Of a stretch of DNA of 64,000 nt, positions 12,901-24,439 are shown piece after piece. The position numbers and the translations under genes were made by a program. The first letter of the stretch is position 1; every line of letters starts with the position of its first letter. The notes under the pieces are model-generated. The model saw only the letters and a program-made list of their open reading frames with translations. It did not search any database and was not told the origin of the DNA. This stretch comes from Octopus bimaculoides (taxonomy: Eukaryota). Location: positions 89,836,866-89,900,865 of the forward strand of contig NC_068983.1 in NCBI RefSeq assembly GCF_001194135.2, given 5' to 3'.

Positions 12901-15900
12901 CAGTGCTGGTGGCATGCAAAAAGCATCCAGTACACTCTGTGTGTGTATGGTTGTCTGGTAAGAAGTTTACTTCCAAGTCATATGCTCTTGGTCCAATCCC
13001 ACTGCATTTTGGGCAAGTGTTTCCTACTATAACTCTGGACCAACCGAAGCCTTATGAGTGAATTTGGTAGAAGGAAACTGAAAGTTTATCATATACATAT
13101 GTGTTATGTGCATTACTGTCCTTGCTTTGGTGTCATGTAATAGTTATAAAAGGGAATGTCACCAAGCAAGCTAGCACTCTCCTTCATTTTGGTCATGGAG
13201 AATATTTCCTTACTTGGAAATAGGCATGGGTTGGCAACAAGAACAGCATTCAGTTGTAGAAAATCCACTTCAACAAATTTCATCCAACCATACAAGCATG
13301 GAAAAGTAGGCATTAAACAATGCTGATGATTTGAGTTAGGATGTTATTACTAGGTGTTATGACATGGTTGGGGGTAGAAACCTGTCTGGTCAAGGAGAAT
13401 ATTACCTTACTTGAAAATAGGTGAGGGTTGGCAACTGGAACAGTATTCAGCTGTAGAAAATCTACCTTAATTTCATCCAACCATACAAGCATGGAAAAGT
13501 TGGCATTAACCCTTTTGATGCCAACCTGGCTGCAGCTGGCCAAAAAACTTTTAAAATGGATAGGAGTTTCTTGCTATCAAGCAGTGATTCCGAATTTGAG
13601 GGCTTTTTAATAGAAGATATGAAGAAATCGAGCAAGGTATGAGTGAACTACAAAAGCACGTCGTGTATGAAAACGAACCTGATATTTCTGTATCTGAAAC
13701 TGAAAGCAGCGATTCTGAAGAAACCGAAAGCGGTGACAGCAAGGATGATTTTACACCTGAATGTAGTAAGAAATTAAAAAATATTTTTATCAACAATTTT
13801 TCTGAGGAGATTGGATCTACTCATAGTCTTTCTCAGGAAGCAAAACGATTAGACTTTTTTTTGTATTTTTTCCAGTAGGTTTGTTTGAAGCCATCACTGT
13901 AGAAACAGAGCGTTACGCTGATACAAATTACTGGAACAATAAGGAATCTTTTGGTGATCAGTACATTTTCAGTATTATGTCAAGGACATGACTTGTGAAA
14001 TTGAACCATCATCGATTGCATTCAAAATGCATATAAAACACTCTACAACCCTGATAGATACCTATCCGTCGATGAGGGCATGGTGGGGTATAAAGGAAGG
14101 GTATACTTCCAACAATATATGCCAGGAAGGCCCACCAAATTGGGGATCAAAGTTTGGAAAATTTGTGGAGCAAATACTGGGCACTGCTGTGGGGTTAGTT
14201 TTTATACTGGGAAAAAGAGACAATGTTAGTCAGCATGGCCTGGGGTATGATGTCTGGAATTTATCACTTCCATACCATAAACAAAGAGGGTGAAATAATC
14301 CAACAGCAGAAAGGAAATCTGCTCGCAGCCGCATACAGAGATAAGAAGCAGATAAATTTTCTATCTACCGGTGCACAACCATGTGTAGATGAAAATGGCA
14401 CCCCATTTATGAGCCTTGATTATAACAGATACATGGGCAGTGTAGATCAGTGAAACTAAATGATAAGTTATCTGGTTGGTAGACTGGGTTATAAATGGTG
14501 GTGATACCTGGTTTGATACAGAGTAAACATGAGCATTGTATATGTATTTATATTACCATATTTTAACATGTATAAGGAACCTTTTTTTTTTTTTTTTTTT
14601 TTTTTTGTCAAAAGTTAGGTTCAGAAAGTATGGGAGTTTCTTATACATGGATAGTATTAGAATCCCTTACAAAACCTTTTCCAAATTTTAAGCCCCAAAA
14701 ATGAGGTGGTTCCTTATACACATTAAAATACAGTATATACCAAATCAGGAGGGGCTCAAAAGCAGTGTGACCATCTGTAGTTCTGAGCAGATGTAGCAAT
14801 GCAGTTGGAGGCAGGTTATTCCTCCAAAACAATAACTGTAGGAAGGAAAAGCAAAACTTGCCTGAGAGATATCCCTCAGAGTTCAGTCGATCTCCATAAA
14901 TTAGACAAAATCGAGGGTCGCAAAAAGCAGTGACATGAATGTCTACATCAACAAAGAAAAATTCCCAGTAGACAGCCTGTTGAAACTTCTTTCCAATGTG
15001 CATTCTGCAAAGTTGTATGTAGAGTGGGATGTTTTACAAGTTTCCATGAGAGAAATATTGCATGAATATTGTATATATGTATGATTAGATTGTATATTTT
15101 TCAAATTTACTTCGTTTTTACTTTTTATTTGCCTGTAAGGTGAGTGACAAGTTTTGATTTAATTTCTATTGCAAATCTTTATTATATATGTCCTTGTGTA
15201 TTCATTTTTTGTTTTCTTTAAAAACAAGTTCCAGTATTTCATTTTATTTTACTTTTACCTGTTATGTGCATTAGATTAAACTGATAATCTAGTATTATGC
15301 ACAATACTTCTATATTAAAATTTTGTTGCATATCCAATTGAATATTGGCTAATGACTCATTTTCTATGGTGATGTTTCAACAAAATTTAATTTAATATTT
15401 TGCTGAATTTGCCTGCAATTAGTCACTTTGAGACTAAAGTTATGCAATAGAATTAAGAACCCTTTCTTCAACTATGTTCCAAAAATCACGTTAATATGTT
15501 AAGTTACAGTTGTTTAACCCTTTCGTTACTATATTTCTGACCAAAATGCACCCCTCATGAGTTTCAATTAAATTCTAAAATAATCATGAATTTAGACTAG
15601 TCTCATTAAACACCTGTAACTTTTATTTATCAACATATTAATGTGATATTTGGAACATAATTAAAGAAAGGGTTCTTAATCAATTCTATTGCATAATTTT
15701 TGTCTCTGGGGTACTGCTAGTGTCTCTCACATGTAAATATTCGTTCAGTTTCACGAATCGTACTCGTTCATAATACTGGAAATATATTCATCGCCAAAAG
15801 GTTCCTGATCACTCCAGTAATTTGTCATTCTGGGTAACTGTCTAATACCCATAATAATATTTATGGCAAAAAATGCCCGTATTTCATCTACAGTTGCAGG

Positions 15901-18867
15901 AAACCACAAGCTATCTTTTTTCTCCGGTTTGTTTNNNNNNNNNNNNNNNNNNNNNNNNNNNNNNNNNNNNNNNNNNNNNNNNNNNNNNNNNNNNNNNNNN
16001 NNNNNNNNNNNNNNNNNNNNNNNNNNNNNNNNNNNNNNNNNNNNNNNNNNNNNNNNNNNNNNNNNNNNNNNNNNNNNNNNNNNNNNNNNNNNNNNNNNNN
16101 NNNNNNNNNNNNNNNNNNNNNNNNNNNNNNNNNNNNNNNNNNNNNNNNNNNNNNNNNNNNNNNNNNNNNNNNNNNNNNNNNNNNNNNNNNNNNNNNNNNN
16201 NNNNNNNNNNNNNNNNNNNNNNNNNNNNNNNNNNNNNNNNNNNNNNNNNNNNNNNNNNNNNNNNNNNNNNNNNNNNNNNNNNNNNNNNNNNNNNNNNNNN
16301 NNNNNNNACCACGTGCTTTTGTAGCTCATTCATTCTTTTCTTCAATATCTCCATATCTTCGGTTGAAAAACCTTCAAATTCGGAATCACTGCTTGATAGC
16401 ATGAAACTCCTCTCCATCTTCAAAGTTGAAAAAAATTAACGCCGCAAAAAATGTGGGAAAAAATCTTCCAAAATTCACTGAGTTCAAATATCATGCCAAA
16501 CAATGTCGGAGACAATAACTCAACTGTTTACAAAGTGAAATCAGGTGTTTTAACGAATTTATTAACGAGATTTGGGTTCAAATATACATTTAAATAACAA
16601 TGGGTATGCTCAGCCAGCTACAGCCGGGTTAGTCTTATTAACAAAAAAATTTTTCGGCCGGGTTAGTAGCGATAGGGTTAATGAAACGTCTAAATTCATG
16701 ATTATTTTAGAATTTAATTGAAACTAATAAGGGGTGTTTTTGGTTAGAAATATAGTAAGGAAGGGGATAAACAATGCTGATGATTTGAGTTAGGACGTTA
16801 TTACTAGGTGCTGTTATTATATGGCTGGAGGTGAAGAAAAGGTAATGAAAGGGTAGCAGTGGACTAGGAAAATGTGAATCGTTCACTAATGTAGATGAAG
16901 AGTTTAGAATAGAGAGGTTACTTTGTAGCTGGATCTAAACCAGGTGAAGTCAATTATGTGATGGCTTTTCTATATACAATAATACAAAATGTAGGGCAAA
17001 TTTATTTGGAAGTGGGTTTGAATGTTGTTAGTTTATATTGATTTGTGACCAAATCTTGTTTTTATTTTTATGTAACTTAAACTGTTTTATCTATTCTTAG
17101 ATACCACACTATGGTGATGTTTGTTCTCGCCTTGGCATGGCTAGCCAACAGCAGATCAGTGATCCAAATCATCGGCGTAAATGTAAGAACACTAAGGATT
17201 TAATAATGTCACCATCTCGGAAAAAAGCTATCAAAAGGTACAGAAAATTATATTGAAGTCTTGAAAGCTAAGGGGCTTCAATGCAGAGCTTTGTTCTATT
17301 TTTAATGGGATTTGTTATATAAAAAAAAATATGCTTTAAAATTTCATGCATTTTTCCATTACTATTATTTTTCCAGTTATTTCTTGATACTCAATGGAAT
17401 TGTACTAAACTGATTTTATCATTCTCCACCTATTGTTTAGAAACATTTTCTGATTTTTATGATAGTTGTTGTAAAGCTTACAGACTGTTGAGATATCCCA
17501 GACATGTCGGCTGGGCTACTAATAAAATAGTTTATTAATAGAATGTTGAGTTTGTTAAATGCTACTTCATGTTTGAAAGTCTGTTTTCCTATTTTTATAA
17601 GAGGCCCGAGAAAAAGTATTCAATATATAAAGTGATAAGTTAATTGTTTGAAGCTGATTTACTCTATCACTACTCTGAGTTTCTCACTTGCATGTGTTTG
17701 CAATGCAAATGCATCCAGGTGAGAAACTCATAGGGTTGTGAATCATCAGCTTGAAATGAATTTAAATTATTTTATCCCCACTAAAAACCAGTGGTGTATG
17801 GTGAAAGCTTGTGTGCTAAATGATGCAATAATTCTTCTATAGAATACCATTTTCATAAATATTGCTGCAATTATGAAATGCATAGTTTAATGGTAAATAG
17901 AAATGTGCAATACTTATATAGAAATTTGTGTTGAACTGTGTTAGCAACACACTCTGTACCTGTTGTAGTGATTGCATTGACTAAATTATTTGCCTCCATT
18001 GTTTGAATACATATTTCAGATCAATTAGTGAGAAAGATTTCTTTGGTGTTCCAACAACATCTAATGGTAACAACTCTACTCAAAACCAGCTATCTCCATC
18101 TTTGCTCAATGAATCAGTATTATCCGGTTATGAGGGGGACGAGGAAGATTTTGTGATAGACAATGATCGTGAGTATAGTTATTAGTTTATTTTTCGCTTC
18201 AGTTTACTTAACCAGAAATATCAGTCTATTCTTGCATTGCAGATGAGTGCTTAGTAGTAGGAAGACTATTCGGCCTTGAAAATAATTATGTCAACAAAAC
18301 TCCTCCCATCCAAAATTTATGAAAAATAGATGCAAAATTTGTGCGTGCCATCTTGTGTATATCTTTTTAATCATAATTTTTTATTTTTTACATTTTTTTT
18401 TTTTTTCAGTGGAACATAGACCTATGGATGTCCCATCCACTTGTTCCTGTGATCCTGTTGACTGTGGTGTTGGTGGTATGACGGCTGCTCCGGTCCGTTA
18501 TCAGGGTCGATCTTACATTGTCTTTACAAGATCAGCAACTTCTAATTCTACCACTGCTGCAAGTTCTCATGTGGATTCACTACCAAATGGAAGCTCAGAC
18601 AACAGCAGTGCACGCCAGGGGTCACCTTGCAGTCAGCCAGATGGCTGTAATCTCTGCCATTTACTTGACATCCGATCTCAGGCAAGAACTGTTTATGATT
18701 CTGGGACTGAAGAGGACTCTGATGGTGAAGATGACAATGCCAAGTTAAATCCTGCTTTTATGCGGACAAGATCTCGTGTGCGACCACACTGTGTTGTTGG
18801 CAGTAGCTTCAAAAGAAAGTGTAAAACTCAGATTGGTAGTGCTTCAAAAACTTTTGTCATTCCATAG
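3373..18867 (+). CDS. CCNF: Cyclin F (F-box + cyclin domain), spliced gene span; first short coding exon not located
   Basis: 14 exons joined at GT-AG sites keep one open frame (2336 nt plus 1 nt owed by an upstream exon). Motifs LPEEIL, WPSP, LYNEG, WLFIRPPWS, MRYILVDWLVEVA, IREAAWLTDNTYKYEDVVKMMGEI and SGYEGD match vertebrate cyclin F as I recall it. Confidence 0.96.
3850..4380 (-). mobile_element. RTE-clade LINE 3' ORF fragment (degraded)
   Basis: Minus strand reads PILTYGHECWAMTERV..QLRYYGHVIKM..GRSRTSWLDNI with stops and frameshifts. Confidence 0.75.
4527..4633 (+). CDS. CCNF: Cyclin F exon (VHPYFQNLIDNSLSIWSVVNFQDSWPSPNNIKHFE)
   Basis: tttcag| ... |gtgagt, 107 nt, phase 0 to 2. Confidence 0.93.
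5728..5795 (+). CDS. CCNF: Cyclin F exon (AASQCNVEALVKLALAHLYNEG)
   Basis: ttttcag| ... |gtatgt, 68 nt. Confidence 0.93.
6031..6221 (+). CDS. CCNF: Cyclin F exon (..PFCWLFIRPPWSLNGACCK..)
   Basis: tttgcag| ... |gttagt, 191 nt. Confidence 0.93.
6885..6926. repeat. (TA)n microsatellite just upstream of a CCNF acceptor
   Basis: Direct reading. Confidence 0.95.
6963..7121 (+). CDS. CCNF: Cyclin F exon (VADPKIQ..LLEEAKEQGSAAAAFMLWEKKYINN)
   Basis: tttcag| ... |gtaagt, 159 nt. Confidence 0.9.
7876..8108 (+). CDS. CCNF: Cyclin F exon (QNLEPSEELESIRELRDIASSGNLNAQL..ELTPNMR)
   Basis: gatag| ... |gtaatt, 233 nt. Confidence 0.9.
8340..8580 (-). mobile_element. RTE LINE reverse-transcriptase core fragment
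   Basis: Minus strand reads VHQGSILSLLIFI..FADDLDLIAES. Confidence 0.7.
8715..8879 (+). CDS. CCNF: Cyclin F exon, cyclin box (YILVDWLVEVAEMK..DRYL..LQLLG)
   Basis: ttccag| ... |gtgagt, 165 nt. Confidence 0.96.
8972..9278 (+). mobile_element. SINE (second family)
   Basis: gtggatttggtagacggaaactgaaag..gacttagcagtttgg..gatagaataagtact; same family at 55595-56095. Confidence 0.7.
9753..9876 (+). CDS. CCNF: Cyclin F exon (YLGKDIITIREAAWLTDNTYKYEDVVKMMGEIVATLKGSIR)
   Basis: ctttag| ... |gtaagt, 124 nt. Confidence 0.96.
10302..10482 (+). CDS. CCNF: Cyclin F exon, cyclin C-terminal fold (RPTSLDF..YICELCLLHSELGQYSAAEMAASA..)
   Basis: ctttcag| ... |gtatgt, 181 nt. Confidence 0.95.
11161..11248 (+). 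CDS. CCNF: Cyclin F exon (LLWPEKMVLFTGVCLRDLSACVIHIHRK)
   Basis: tatgcag| ... |gtatgt, 88 nt. Confidence 0.92.
11685..11784 (+). CDS. CCNF: Cyclin F exon (FFEGVVIDHRDVVLQAVKLRYSNENFDKVSDRT)
   Basis: attcag| ... |gtaagt, 100 nt. Confidence 0.92.
13187..13509 (+). repeat. About 190-bp tandem duplication of an RTE-like 3'-end fragment; second unit split by piggyBac and resuming at 16767
   Basis: Unit 1 reads ..ggcattaaacaatgctgatgatttgagttagg; unit 2 reads ..ggcattaa|piggyBac|ataaacaatgctgatgatttgagttagg. Confidence 0.85.
14556..14733. mobile_element. Tc1/mariner-pogo-type MITE, TA TSD
   Basis: 26-bp imperfect TIRs (ccatattttaacatgtataaggaacc). Removing it restores the piggyBac frame SIVYVFILYTKSG. 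Confidence 0.8.
15518..16677 (-). mobile_element. Internally deleted piggyBac of the same family, inserted antisense (spans N-gap)
   Basis: TTAA on both sides (15514-17, 16678-81); TIRs CCCT(T/A)TCG(T/C)TACTA; N-terminus MERSFMLSSSDSEFEGF is nearly the same as in the host copy. Confidence 0.88.
17101..17237 (+). CDS. CCNF: Cyclin F exon (IPHYGDVCSRLG..IMSPSRKKAIKR)
   Basis: ttcttag| ... |gtacag, 137 nt, phase fits both neighbouring exons. Confidence 0.85.
17630..17780. repeat. Palindromic (hairpin) element in a CCNF intron
   Basis: tgagtttctcac..tttgca a tgcaaa..gtgagaaactca; imperfect arms extend to about 75 bp. Confidence 0.75.
18020..18168 (+). CDS. CCNF: Cyclin F exon (SISEKDFFGVPTT..LSGYEGDEEDF..)
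   Basis: tttcag| ... |gtgagt, 149 nt. Confidence 0.88.
18410..18867 (+). CDS. CCNF: Cyclin F terminal coding exon (Ser/acidic PEST-like tail)
   Basis: Long polypyrimidine tract + cag|, open frame to TAG at 18865-18867. Confidence 0.88.
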
Positions 18868-21800
18868 CTGACTGTTTTCAGGAATGTTTCATTGTTTATG
18901 ATGGTGATGATCATGATTATTGTATGCATGTGTGTGTATATAGATAAATGTGTGTGTGAATATTTATCTAAAGCAGTTTTAGATAAATACACAGCTGGTG
19001 AATCTTGGCCTCATTAATAGGGGGATATTATTTTTTCTGTATTAAGTGGCAAAAAATAGCATTAGCTGAGTCTGTAAAATTGTGACTTATTTTTGTGCTT
19101 AGTATATTCGTGTTTGATGTTATCAACAATGGTTTATGTTGAAAGACTACATTATTAAAAAAAAGATGTGTAGGTCTTTGGTAATGACATTTTTCACTAC
19201 AGCAAAGATGATATATAAAATATTAAACAATTATTGCTGATGGTAGCATACTGATACCAAAAGGTAATCTTTACATCTAACTTAATATGGATGACTTGTT
19301 AGAACACCGAATACTGCATTGTTAGCTTTGAGAGATTTTCTCATATAGAAGCTTGGTGCATAAAAGTACACCTAGAGATCGTAGCAAACGAAATTCGTCT
19401 GTCATGGGTGCTGGAATTCCCATATCACATTTTGATTTATTGGACCTCGTCAGTGGGATGCACTGGTCACTGCATGCTAGTCTAGTCTTTCTGCCATTAT
19501 ATATCTGCATCTTTTAATGTGTGTGCTTTTATACACAAAGCACCTATTTGAGAGGATTTCTCAAGGTTAGTAACATAGTATCCGGTGTTCTATCAAGGCA
19601 TGCTTGTAAAGTTGGATTGAAAAATATTAATTTATCACTTATCTCCAAACTGATGAGCAGTCAAGTAAGAAGTGGGCTTTCAACAGATAATTTATACCTA
19701 TTTGATTCTTTGTTATAACCATTTCGCCTAAAAACTCTACAGCTGTGTATTTAAAACTTGCATGAAGGGAAGTTTTACTTCAGTTTCTCTCTTCTCTCTC
19801 TAATATATATATTATGTATTTAGAGAGAGAGAATAATGTTCAGACATAATCACTCTCCTGCTCACACTTTCTGTCATTACATTATTGCTCAATATAAAGT
19901 GGGATGTTGTACTTGAAGTTGAAATTTGTTCCATGAAATCTTTGTTTAAACTATTTGTGGTTAGTGTCACAGAGCAAGAGATCAATAAACTGAGTCCATA
20001 AGCTGGTTTCTATTCTTTGCTGAGGTAAATTCACCTCAACTATACCTCTTGAGGAAGATATGAATGCCAAATTCTTTCATTACTTATCTCATAAATTTCA
20101 TTGTCTTGCAGTGAGAGGTCAATTATAAACTTTCATTCTTTGAAACTTTGTCTATCTCAGAATTGCAATATTTTGTTATTCCAAAATTTGAAAATTTTGT
20201 TAAAGCAATCTATTAGAATGTTTCATAGTTTTAGGTTTAGTCTACTTCTCACTCTTATGTATGCAGTGGATGGATAAGCTCCACATTTCTTTATATTTTG
20301 GAATGTGTGTGGGCATGAGAGATTGAAGTTATATAGAAGTTTGTAAAAAATTTATTTTATTTATTACCTTCAGACTACATGCTAGCTGTGTGATGTTCTA
20401 TCCATGCTGACTCCAGCAGAGTAATATTTAAACTAGTCTCTTCAGAACATTCAAATTGACATTTCTCACTCCAAAGTTATTTGTCCTTCGAGTTAAGTTG
20501 GTATTGCATTTCTACATTCTGTTGTTTTATTAGCATTCAAAAGTTGAGCCCATTCCTAACGTTACATAATTTATCACTTGATATAAAATACATGGAAGTT
20601 TTATTTTTCAAGTACACCTTTTGGTTTCTGTTGTAATAAAAGCTGTCAACTTCTGGTTAAAATTCTTTAAGTTGTCACAGGAAATTAAAAAAGAATTACA
20701 AAATGTGTTAAGTATTATTTGTGGGTGTTTCATCTGTATTCTTACAATTTAAACAACATTGCTACCTTCAAATTGTCATCATAATGGAAGTGTGATTTGA
20801 GGTGATTGTTTTATTTACTCATTACTTAAGCAATCATGTGTTTATATTTGTGTAAACAAGTCCAAATATTAAATTGTTGCCAATATACTTCCCGAGCATT
20901 TTAGTTACATTGTTATTAAATGTCATGTTACATGAATTCTCCCAACTCTTTAGTTTTCAGTACTTTTTCTTTTTTGCAGTTTTAACGTTTTGCTTTTGAT
21001 TAATTTATTTCTTCCTCTTATAATCTTTGTTGCAAAATTGTCATTAGTACATACTTTGCAACGTTTAGTTTTTTTGTTGTTGTTTTTTTCCCTTAAACTA
21101 TCATCAAATATTAAGTGTAATGGAACTAAGGGCATTCCATTGAATCTTACATATATAAATTAATATATATGCAAGATGTTCCCCATATTGTGGCTCCTTC
21201 ATCATTTATTCCTCCTCTAATTCAATGCAAAAGATTTTTTTTTTTACTGAAAGAAAGAAATCCAAGTATATTTCTGTCTTATTTATAGAATCTGACAGCC
21301 TTCTTTTTTATTTTAATTTATTTTTTTATTCACGATCTCTTAACATTTGTAATATTTTAATTTTGAAGAAGAAAAAAGACATTAATAGAATTTTGAATAA
21401 ATAATTTGCAACAAATAATTTTTATTTTAATAAAATTTAATTTAAATTTATTTAATAAAATGTTATTAAAGACAATTTTAAGTTTTAGAGAATGTTTAAC
21501 TCCGTTATCTGCTGTTTAGTTGTTTCATTCTTTCTGGTGGGTAGTTTGTGTAGCTGTGATGAATCTATACCTTATCGTTGGTTAGGGGAAGGAGAGTTTG
21601 ATCTGTTTTAAAACTGGAGAAACTGGAGCAGCGCACTGAACCCAAAGATCTTTGAGATTTGTGAAACAGTTTTAAAAGCCAAAGTTAAGTACATCAATAT
21701 ATTTTTAATGTGCCCAAGCATGGCCACAGTCTACAGGCTGAAAGAAGTATTGAGATTCGGAAAAAAACAGCAGTTGAATCTTGGAATCATTGTTTTGTGT

Positions 21801-22428
21801 GCTTTTATGCAATCTTGGATATGATTTGAGAGACTAAACTATGTGTGCATTATCTGAGTTGTAATACAGTAGAATCATCTTCACAAGTTTCTCATGTCTT
21901 AACTTTGACTGTTGTGAGACTTCATTTTGTGAAAGGATGGATGACCACGAATACATTTCACTTGTAGACCCCTTCAAGTGCATATATTACATTGACCTAT
22001 GGATGTTTAAGCTGAAAAAAAATAATGCTTCTCTAAAATTCAACATAGGTTGAGCCTCTGCATGTTTACCTGAAGTGTTAGAAGTTGCAACCAAATCTTA
22101 CAAATTCTATTACATTACTCAAATGCATTTGATCAGAAGTGATCTGGTTTCAACTACATTAGGAGCAGTAACAAATTCTTTTAATACCTTCCCATAATGG
22201 TCAGTCATTAATTGGAAGACTTTGTCCAAATCAACTAGGCCAGCAAGAAGTCTGATTTTTAACTTTGGCAGCTGGGCAGGTGTTCCATAAATAGAACTTT
22301 TTTTTTTTTTTTTTTTTCTGGGGAGCCCAAAAGGATATTGCGAATGGTATGGTGTGAAGGAAGATTTACAGCCATTTTATTGGGAGTTTTCTCTCTTCCA
22401 GTCTGCAGTCCAACCTGCCATCTAGGCA

Positions 22429-22674
22429 CATCATCATCATCATCGTTTAACGTCCGCTTTCCATGCTAGCATGGGTTGGACGATTTGACTGAGGACTGGT
22501 GAAACCGGATGGCAACACCAGGCTCCAGTCTGATTTGGCAGAGTNNNNNNNNNNAGGACTGGTGAAACCGGATGGCAACACCAGGCTCCAGTCTGATTTG
22601 GCAGAGTTTCTACAGCTGGATGCCCTTCCTAACGCCAACCACTCAGAAAGTGTAGTGGGTGCTTTTACGTGTCA
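22429..22674 (-). mobile_element. 5'-truncated RTE LINE 3' end with (GAT)n tail
   Basis: Near identical to 57398-57567 and 63655-64000; the latter carries the ORF C-terminus. Confidence 0.85.
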
Positions 22675-24439
22675 GGAGAGGAACATATAGGATGCTAATG
22701 TATTCATTCCTTTTCCAAAAGTGTTAGGGGTTTAAGCAAATTGCTATTTCTAACAGATGGATCTACCATATGCTCTCTTGTTGGGTTATGTTTCTTTGTG
22801 CATGGCTTTGATAGTTGCTCTACTTTGACTGTATCTACCTCCTTGTTTCATATGGATATTGTTGAATGGACAAGAAAGTATACGCCTCACCTGTAAAAGT
22901 GTCCAGATTCTTCTGAATATACTATTCTCCACTGTGACCATTTACTATCATACATGTATTACTTATCACTAATCCCATACTCTAATCTTCTGAATTGGAA
23001 ATCTTTCCCTTCACACTGACATCCAAAACTGTTTAACTGAGGCACTGTAGTATTTTTCTTTGGTGCACTGTTTTGTAATTTCTATCAGTGTGGTGCAAAT
23101 ATTTCAGTTTCTACATTTGCTTTACACGACATAAATGACACTGCATTTTCCATGTAAGTCTGTAACAGTACCTTTCTCCACCTAGCATCAATTTACTTTT
23201 CATTAAATTCATAAGGTAAATCATGTCACATACCAATGGAAAAGGTGTTTTTTGAAGGTTCTTGTTTAGTTCTTCAAACTTTACTGTGACATCAGTAAGA
23301 TAACGTTATCTGTACTTAAAATCATTCAGAAGATTCAATGCTATGCTTATTTGTGGTAAACAACCATTGAGTCTTCCTAAAACATGCTATACAACAATCA
23401 TCTAACTTCAGTGTAAAGTAAGAGATTGCCATGCTTTGCATATATGAAATTCTCGCTTGTTAAGTACATTTGAAATTCAAAAGATTCTTGGTGTATTATG
23501 TAGTGATATGGTTTTAAATTTGAAACAATTTCTTCACACAATAATACAAGTGCACCTTTCTTTCAACCAACCAATAGCTGATGCACCATCTACAGCTTCG
23601 TTAGTAGATTATGCCTTACCATTACCATTAAAGCATTGAATTTACCTCTTCCTATTGTTGCTGTTGGTTGTGATACATGTAACTCTTCAATGTTGAAATC
23701 TTCAGAAATGAAGCACAGATATAGACAGTTTAGCACATCTAATGGCTCCTCCAAAGATTCACAAATTGTACGTCTGAAAACTAGTCATACAATTGCATTT
23801 GAATACAGTTAAAACCTCAGTTTACCATTAGACTGCATGGAGATTTCAGAAGCCTTCCTTCTTTTCTAGAAAAAAACTGCTTTTTGAACATTCGCAATAC
23901 AACTTTTAGTACAATATAGGTTCTGTTTGCATGCTACCTTTATGAAATTATATTTGATGCAATTGTTACATTTTTTTAATGAGAATTTTAGTGAAATGTG
24001 CATGTTTTGAAACTTTCATATCTTGGTTTTGAACCAACTGGGAAGTTCTAAGTTTTTATGGTGTGATGAAAAACAAATTTAGTTGACAGGAAGATGATGT
24101 AGAGTTGGGGTGGTGTGCAAGAGATGCACAGCGCTAGAAGCAAGTTAGTTACATGGGGGTAGAAATGGGAGATGGAGATAATAGGGGAGATCTGCTATTG
24201 ACAAGATTAAGGAGCAGTACTGAGAACATATAGAAGTGATCTCATAATTACAGCAGCTGAGTGAGTAATTCTGTTGTCAGAGGGTGAAAAACAGATGGGT
24301 GTTAGAAACAAGTTATGGAAGGAATCAGTCCTTTATCATTTCTTCCTTGAGGCTCAATATCTGGAAATCAGCCTTCACTACTTCACCCCACATCTTCCTG
24401 GATTTCTCTGATTTCCCCTCTTCTATTAGTTCCATCTAC

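Larger units (their letters stand above)
13510..16766 (+). mobile_element. piggyBac element with a degraded transposase; host of two nested insertions
   Basis: TTAA|CCC left end and ..GGGG|ATAA right end. Fragments YLSVDEGMVGYKGR, PTKLGIKVW, DYNRYMGSVDQ and a C-terminal Cys-rich domain (~14930-15050). Frameshifts and deletions present. Confidence 0.92.

Noticed and set aside
13510-15060. Cyclin F-piggyBac fusion protein (CSB-PGBD3-like exon trap)
   Set aside because: The element is sense-oriented in an intron, but the transposase has early frameshifts, stops, large deletions and a MITE insertion.
19313-19520. Short minus-strand ORF downstream of CCNF
   Set aside because: No recognisable domain or splice support; probably CCNF 3' UTR.
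22495-22610. Tandem duplication in an RTE tail
   Set aside because: Identical sequence on both sides of a 10-N gap; most likely an unmerged contig overlap.
23220-23900. Minus-strand stretch with coding-like composition
   Set aside because: It has several stops, and I could not assign a family motif with any confidence.
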